A DNA stretch of 64,000 nucleotides from Octopus vulgaris (lineage: Eukaryota): positions 16,926,001 to 16,990,000 of the forward strand of contig OX597824.1 of NCBI GenBank assembly GCA_951406725.2. The letters run 5' to 3'. The position numbers and the translations under genes were made by a program. This document shows positions 55,809-64,000 of the stretch, piece by piece (positions within the stretch are counted from its first letter, which is position 1; each line of letters starts with the position of its first letter). The notes under the pieces were generated by a model. It made no database searches. It was not told the origin of the DNA and saw only the letters and a list, made by a program, of their open reading frames with translations.

Positions 55809-56189
55809 GGAGGCGCAATGGCCCAGTGGTTAGGGCAGCGGACTCGCGGTCGTAGGATCGCGGTTTCGATTCCCAGACCGGGCGTTGTGAGTGTTTATTG
55901 AGCGAAAACACCTAAAGCTCCACGCGGCTCCGGCAGGGGGTGATGGCGATCCCTGCTGTACACTTTCACCACAAATTTCTCTCACTCTTACTTCCTGTTT
56001 CTGTTGTACCTGTATTTCAAAGGGCCGGCCTTGTCACTCTCTGTGTCACGCTGAATATCCCCGAGATCTGCGTTAAGGGTACACGTGTCTGTGGAGTGCT
56101 CAGCAACTTACACGTTAATTTCACGAGCAGGCTGTTCCATTGATCGGATCAACCGGAACCCTCGTCGTCGTAACCGACGGAGTGCTTCC
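55809..56189 (+). mobile_element. SINE family A, tail type 1, full length
   Basis: Near-identical to 7392-7776. Confidence 0.93.
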
Positions 56190-56225
56190 AAGAAGAATAT
56201 ATATATACATACAGAAATATATACA

Positions 56226-56510
<285 letters not shown>

Positions 56511-56710
56511 TGACTATATACGTATATATATGTAGAAATATATATACATACATGTGTGTATATATACATATATATGAAATCTGATCCTCATACACACATA
56601 GAAACTCACACATGTGTGCGATGACGATTGTGTATATGTTTATATACAATCAGACAGAAATACAGATTTAAGACAGGTAGTAATAAATAAAGAAAGAAAG
56701 AAGGAAAGAG

Positions 56711-56741
<31 letters not shown>

Positions 56742-57064
56742 ATGAAAGAAAGAAAGAACGAAAGGTTACAGATTGAAATTTGTGTGAGGCGTGGGACTCA
56801 AAAAAACAGGGACTCGTGTATCGCGATCCAAACCACAATAAGATTGCTACTACTACCACCACCACCATCACCCCCAGCAGCACCGACACCACCAGCAACA
56901 GCATCACCAACAACAGCAACAGCATCGCCGCTACTACTACTAATAGTAATACTACTAATACTAATACTACAACAGGTACCTGAACTACACCATCACTAAA
57001 ACTATCATCTCTACTACTAGCACCGTCACCACCACCACCAACTCCACCACCAACATTACCACCG

Positions 57065-57114
<50 letters not shown>

Positions 57115-57282
57115 GCTGCTACTGCTGCTGCTACTACTACTACTGCTACTACTACAAATACCTGAACTACATCACCCCTAAAACTATTACCTTTGCTACT
57201 AGCACCACCACCACCATCACCACCACCTCTACCAGCACGACGACGACGACCACCACCACCAATACTGCTACTACTACTACTG

Positions 57283-57351
<69 letters not shown>

Positions 57352-57639
57352 ATCCTAAATGAATATATGTTATGCCACTTACCATTCCCTCAAAAAACAA
57401 TGTTTAAAGATGGACTGGTGTGGATTTCAAATGTGAAGAACCAGATGGAATCAGCGAAAAATGTAAAAAAAATAAAGGGATTCGATATATAAAAGAGGGA
57501 AAACGAAAGTAATTTAGCGAAACACTAATATAGGGATGCTGGAATAGGTAGGTGGAGTGTGGTGGTGGCGGTGATGGTGGTGGTGGTGGTGGTGGTGGTG
57601 GTGGTGGTGGTGGTGGTGGTGGTGGTGGGTTATGTGTGG

Positions 57640-59660
57640 CGCTGATGGAGGAGGAGGTGGTGTAAATAAGAAATGTAATGAGACGAAGTGTGAGGTAGGA
57701 GGAGATGAGGGAGACGGTAAAGAAGGATGTGGAGGAGAAGGCGAATGAAGGAGAAGAAGAAGGGAGATGGAAATGATGAAGATGGAAGTATAAAAAAGTT
57801 TAAGAGAGAGGAAGAAGGTGAATGAGGAGGAAGATGAAGGATAAGAAAGACAAGCAGGAGGAGGAGGAGAAAAAGAAGAAACATATGAAGAAGGTGAATG
57901 AGGAGGAAGATGAAGGATAAGAAAGACAAGCAGGGGGTGGAGGGGGAGGAGAAAACGAAGAAAATATGAAGAAGGTGAATGAGAAGAAAGGTGAAGGAAA
58001 AGAAACAGAAGGATGGGAGGAAGAGAGAGAGAAGGAAAAATAAGATGAAGAAGGTGAATGAGAAGAAAGGTGAACGAAAGGAAATAGAAGGGTAGAGGAG
58101 AAAAAGAAGGAAAATATGAAGAAGGTGAATGAGAAGGAAAACGGAGGATAAAAATGAGAAGCAGGAGGAGAAGGAGGAGAAAAAGAAGAAAATGATGAAG
58201 AAGGTGAATGAGAAGGAGGATGAAGGAAAAGAAACAGAAGCAGGGGAGGAGGAGAAAAGAGGGAAAAAGAAGTTGAAGAAGCTGAATGAGAAGGAAGATG
58301 GAGGAAAAGAACCAGGAAGAGGAGAAAAGAAGAAAACAGAAGAGGAAGAAGGTGAATGAGAGGGAGGATGAAGGAAAAGAGCTAGGAGGAGAGAAGGAGG
58401 AGGGAAAGAAGAAAGAGACGAGGAAGCTGAATGAGAAGGAAGAGGGAGGAAAATAACCATTAGGAGGATGGGAAAGACTAGAGAAAAGAAGATGGAGAAG
58501 GCTGTGAAGGAGAAAAAAATGAAAGAAAAGAACCAGGAGGAGGAGGACATCGACAACGATGAAAAGAATAAGATGAAGAAGATGAAGGAAGATAAAGGGG
58601 AACACAAGGAGGGGATGAGGAGGAGGAGAGAAAGAAGAAAAAATATGAGGAAGGTGTTGAATGAGAAGGAAGGGGAAGGAAAAGAACCATTAGGAGGATG
58701 AGGAAGAGAGGAAAAAAGAAGAGGAAGAAGTAGACGAAGGAGGGAGAGTGGGAGGGTAACAGGAAGGAGAAAATACATATTAGAGAGTGAGAAGGAGGCT
58801 GGGAAAACAAAGCGAAGAGAAAGAGATAAGCATGGGAAAAAGGCAGAAGGAAAAGAAGAACAGCATGAAGAAGAAAAGTAAATGTAAGAGAGTGAGAAGA
58901 AGCTGAGAAAGAAGAAAGTGAAGAAGAGAAGAACGACAGAAGAAAAAGCGACGGGAAAGAATAATGGATAATAACGATGAAACGGAGGGAGAAATATGAA
59001 GAAGAAAAAGCAAGAAGAATAAAGAAAAAGAGGAAGAAAAAGAAGAAGAAGAGGATCAACAACAACAATAAGAACAATAAGATCGAAGAAGAAGAAGAAA
59101 AGCAAGAAGAATAAACAAGAAGAAGAAGAAAAATGAAGAAGAAAAAAAGAATAAGAATAAAGAAGATGAACGAAGAAGAGCAAGAAGAATAAAGAAGATG
59201 AACGAAGAAGAAGAAGAAGAAGAAGAAGAAGAAGAAGAAAGAAGAAGAAGAAGAAGTAGAAGAAGAAGAAGAAGAAGAAAGAAGAAAGAAGAAGAAGAAG
59301 AAGAAGAAGAAGAAGAAGAAGAAGAAGAAGAAGAAGAAGAAGAAGCAGAAGAAGAAGAAGAAAGAAGAAGAAGAAGGAGAAGAAGAATTGGAAGAAATTA
59401 GATGAAGAAAGAAGAGCAAGAAGAATAAAGGAGATGAATGGAGAAGAAGAAAAAGAGGAAGAAGAAGAGGAATGAAGAGAATGGGAAGGAGAAGATGATG
59501 ATCAAAAACAAAGCGAAAAACATAAAAGAAGAGTGAGAAGAAGGATGAAAACGGAGACGAAGAAGAAAAAGAAGGACAAGAAAAGAAGAAGAAGAAGAAG
59601 AAGAAGAAGAAGAAGAAGAAGAAGAAGAAGAAGAAGAAGAAGAAGAAGAAGAAGAAGAGC
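57640..59660. repeat. 2-kb polypurine tract containing a cryptic 70-81 bp minisatellite and (GAA)n
   Basis: Anchor gaagaaggtgaatgag (or a close variant) recurs at 57811, 57887, 57968, 58047, 58118, 58197, 58275, 58345 and 58420; (GAA)n occupies much of 59200-59660. Confidence 0.85.
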
Positions 59661-60209
59661 GACAAATTGAAAGTCAAGCCGTATTTTATATGATGGGATA
59701 TATTCCATGGCGTTGCGGTAGGAAATGTGATTTCATCAGACAATCACACCAGATCTGGAGAGGTAAACTAATATGGTGGACCATATTTGGAGAGGCTGTA
59801 AGGAAAGGAAGGAACGAACGAGACCGATTTTCACCAGCGATCATGTATGTGTATGTGTGTGTATTTATTTATATGTGTGTGTGTATGTGTGTGTGTGTTC
59901 GTGTGTGTGCATTGTGTTTGACAGCAAACGACAATGCTTGGCTGTCATTGATAATTTTTTCGTCGGATGGATGGAGTGCTTTCGCCACCACCATCGCTAA
60001 CACACTAAGCTGTCGTATTTAAAGCCTCTTGCTTTGTTCAAATACGCCACGAATGTCATTGATGTTGAAGAAGACCCGTTTTATTGTTGTGTATTCAACA
60101 TCTTTTTAAACAATGCAGACTCTCCTTCCTCCCGCCATTAAAGAAGCTGTTGTCGACTTATGTGTCTCTTTCTTTCTACCTTTCTCTCTCCCCCATCCCA
60201 CTCTCTCTG

Positions 60210-60284
<75 letters not shown>

Positions 60285-60301
60285 TATGTATGTATTATAT
60301 G

Positions 60302-60355
<54 letters not shown>

Positions 60356-60441
60356 CATTTATATATATATATCTATATATCTATATCTATATATATATAT
60401 ATATATATACATACATATATTTACACATGCACATATATATA

Positions 60442-60484
<43 letters not shown>

Positions 60485-60613
60485 GTATATGTGCGTGTCA
60501 GTGTTTATATATATGTGTGTGTGTATCATTTATAACATATATATTTATATATAATATAATATATATATATACACACATATATATATATGATATATGTATA
60601 TAAATATAGATAT

Positions 60614-60709
<96 letters not shown>

Positions 60710-60792
60710 ATATAAATATATACATATGTATATGGATATATAAATAAAAAATACATACAGAGAGAGAGAGGAGGGACGAATGGGAGAGAGAA

Positions 60793-60855
<63 letters not shown>

Positions 60856-61069
60856 CATTGATTGATAGATAGTTAAATAGATAAACAGATATGTACACAA
60901 ACATGTTCTTATACTTGAATTCACATGAGTATGGTCATCATCTTTGCCATCATGGCGATTATGGTCACCCTGACACCGCTACACCATCGTCGCCATCATC
61001 TTTTTCATGTTTGTCGTCATCGGGTAATCATCACCATCACCCATCGTCGCTATCGTCACCACCACAACC

Positions 61070-61139
<70 letters not shown>

Positions 61140-61446
61140 ACATCATCATCATCATTTCTTTCGCCATCAACGGCCTTTTTTTCTTACCGTAAGAAAAGCA
61201 GAGATTTTCGTTATACAAATTAAACAGGCAAAAAAAAAAAAAAAAAAAAAAAACGTACAAATAAAGCTATTATCTTTTATTTAAAGCTATTTGTTATCAT
61301 TTCATGAAGCATAAACGAACGAATGTACCTGAGGTGCTGAAACTGAGGTGATGAGACAGCAACATGTTCAAAATTCATCATGGTTTAGCACAACAGAATC
61401 ATTATCATAATCATCATCATTACTATTTCCCAATATTACATACTGA

Positions 61447-62634
61447 AAGGAGGCAAGCTGGCAGAAACGTTAGCACGCCGGGTGAAATGCTTAGCAGTAT
61501 TTCGTCTGCCGCAACGTTCTCAGTTCAAATTCCACCGAGGTCGACTTTGCCTTTCATCCTTTCAGGGTCGATTAAATAAGTACCAGTTACGCACTGGGGT
61601 CGATATAATTGACTCAATCCGTTTGTCTGTCCTTGTTTGTCCTCTCTGTGTAGCCCCTTGTGGGTAGTAAAGAAATAAGAAATCTTAGCACGCAGGGCGA
61701 AATGCTTAGCAGTATTTCGTCTGCTGCTATGCTCTGAGTTCAAATTCCGCCGTGGTCGACTTTGCCTTTCATCATTTCGGGGTCGATAACTTGTGTACCA
61801 GTTGCGTACTGAGGTCGATCTAATCGTCTGGCCCCCTCCCTAAAAATTTCAGGCTTTGTGCCTAGAGTAGAAATGAATTTTCTGAATTTAAATTGGTATG
61901 GACTTGTGGCACAAGGCCAGCAGTTTTGAAAGAGAGGGTGAGTAGATCACATCAACCCCAGTGCTCAACTGAAACTTGTTTTGTCGATCCGGGCTGCATT
62001 TTAACTCAGAACGCAAAGTCGAAAGAAATGCCGCTAAACATTTATTTCTGTGGATAACGATTGTAATAGCTTGCTGTCTTATAACCTGAATTAATACTTA
62101 TTTCAAATTTTCCACAGGGTCAAACTTTTCAGGGAAGGGATTAAGTGGATTACATCACCTCAGTCCTCAACTGATAATTATTTTATTGACCCCGAAAGAT
62201 TAAAGGGGCTAAGCCAACCGTGGAGCAATTTGAACTCAAATACCGCAAAGGATTTTGCTTGGCGTGTTAAAGATGCTTATTTCTTTATTGCCCACAAGGG
62301 GCTAAGCATAGTGGGGACAAACAAGGATAGACAAAGGGATTAAGTCGATTACATCGACCCCAGTGCGTAACTGGTACTTAATTTATCGACCCCGAAATGA
62401 TGAAAGGCAAAGTCGACCTCGGTGGAATTTGAACTCAGAACGTAACGGCAGACGAAATACCTATTTCTTTACTACCCACAAGGGGCTAAACACAGTGATG
62501 ACAAACAAGGACAGACAAACGGATTAAGTCGATTATATCGACCTCAGTGCGTAATTGGTACTTAATTAATCGACCTCGGCGGAATTTGAACTCAGAACGT
62601 GACGACAAACGAAATGCCGCTAAGCCTTTCGACC
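61447..62634. mobile_element. Cluster of SINE family C copies: plus-strand pair followed by minus-strand copies
   Basis: 61447-61877 plus (T1 then T2); 61905-62275 decayed minus; 62277-62634 minus dimer. Confidence 0.88.
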
Positions 62635-62989
62635 CGAAATATGTAAGAAATATTTTTCCGGTATTCTACTAAATTATTATCATCGTTCTCAGAAAGTGTA
62701 ATGTTGCAGAAAATATTGTTTTACAAATGGAACTTGGTAGAAAATACGAGGTTTGTGCAAATGTGAGAAGAATCTTAAACAAAAGATGCTAACTTCCGGT
62801 TAGGGTTCCTTGAGAAAACAAATATCGATATTATTTTAAGTCTATTATGTAAATTCTGAGATCAAATTTAGAATTAGCTATGGATTGTGGAATACAAATT
62901 GACCAGCGAGGCACAGTATTATCTAAGAAACAAAAAAAATGAAAAATAAAATAGAAAAGAAAAAAGAGCAAACAAAAGAACGAAAGTGT

Positions 62990-63300
62990 CACAATAAGAT
63001 ACGACTGTCTAGAATCGTAAAAATCAAAACAGAAGCGTAATTGATGTATTTTATAAAGGCAATACACTGTAACCTGGCAACATCTCTTTTATTTATTTAG
63101 AGCCATCATTTAAATATATCCGACCACACCGGTACAAACGCAAACTTCCTTTTAAAAGCAATGTGTTTTCATCAACGGAACCTTCTTCCTATGATCCAAT
63201 TAAGGACGTCGTAAGTAGCCTATCCATAGTGTTTTAAAAGAACACTGAGCTAAGATATAAACGTTGTGGTCAGATTCGTTGCAAAGCGTAAGCGAGGACA
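62990..63300 (-). pseudogene. Possible decayed piggyBac transposase fragment
   Basis: In-frame MDRLLTTSLIGS*EEGSVDENTLLLKGSLRL resembles piggyBac DRLYKIRPLI...ELSVDESLLLFKGRL; downstream YDSRQSYL resembles CDSKTGYL. Confidence 0.35.
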
Positions 63301-64000
63301 TAAATATTGTTTACTTGCTGTCTGAATAATTTCTTTGATTTTTCGTATATTTTTCCTTCTTACTCTTGACACTATATATTCATCTCGGCATTAATATTTC
63401 ATTCCGGTAATCCTTCTTGCCATTTAATAAGCCGGTGTTGAGGAGATGATAGATAGACAGCTCCTTTGACCCGCATTATAATAAGTACAAAGCGTGGTTG
63501 CTGAACTTCAAGGAAATGCATTAAACAATGTTTTAAGGCTAAGTATGTCCAATAATTTACAGAGTCCGTAAAGACCAATGCATTAAGCTGTCCTTCCCTC
63601 GCCTTCACAATTTAGGAGTTTATATGTTATGACAAGGAGCCTGAATTCTCTATGTCCATAAGCTTACCACTTAAATCGTCTCGTCTCTATGTATACTTTA
63701 TATAGTTCCGGTTTTCTATATAAAGGTTTAAACTACTACATTTCTGCTCTATCTGGAACATATCCCTCGGCTCTTTTACAAATATGTTTCGCATTAGCTG
63801 TTGTCGTTATGGTTTGGACATTTTTATGGGATTTTTTTTTATCTGTTTTGTATGACATTATTGCTTGGTCAATTTGCTATTAATTACGCGTGGTGTTTAT
63901 AAATAAGGATTTTAATTGCTTCAATTAATGACTTAAGTGAGATTGCATTAGAAGGGCGAGAATGTATGAAAGATGTTTCTAAAAGCTTCGACAGATATAA

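Noticed and set aside
56960-57230. Duplicated tacctgaactac...aaaacta segment within (ACT/ACC)n
   Set aside because: Ordinary slippage or unequal-exchange duplication inside trinucleotide repeats.
57811-58440. CRISPR-like repeat-spacer appearance
   Set aside because: Eukaryotic context, no cas genes, spacers related to each other and low complexity, repeat non-palindromic.
57514-59743. 363-517 aa Phe/Leu/Ser-rich minus-strand ORFs
   Set aside because: A polypyrimidine strand lacks stop codons by composition; no domain signal.
59750-59796. Palindrome aatatggt-gg-accatatt between tggagagg direct repeats
   Set aside because: Too short to distinguish from chance or a small slippage event.

Overview
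AT-rich, repeat-saturated eukaryotic non-coding DNA (intron or intergenic). The tRNA-derived SINE families and the extreme microsatellite density point to an octopus or other coleoid cephalopod; this is recognition from memory, not a database result. I can support no host protein-coding exon, and nearly all listed ORFs are translations of simple repeats. Supportable content: (i) three abundant tRNA-type SINE families (here called A, B and C) with interchangeable head, core and tail modules; (ii) 5'-truncated LINE ends (RTE, CR1/L2-group, two R4/Dong-type) and older RT relics; (iii) Tc1/mariner relics and a possible piggyBac relic; (iv) a decayed 5S rRNA copy; (v) local tandem and segmental duplications. 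The most interesting signal is three unrelated short repeat families (P1, P2, P5) in AT-rich or (TA)n context. Each folds into a minimal type-I hammerhead ribozyme with a palindromic stem III, and two occur as inverted pairs, the layout known for Penelope-like element termini. Their cores are partly non-canonical: one is GUGAACA (a compensatory G3-C8 swap of the C3-G8 pair) and another is CCGACGA (U4C). Two SINE-partner pairings are also visible, one with covarying 3' hairpins. All folds and alignments were done by eye.
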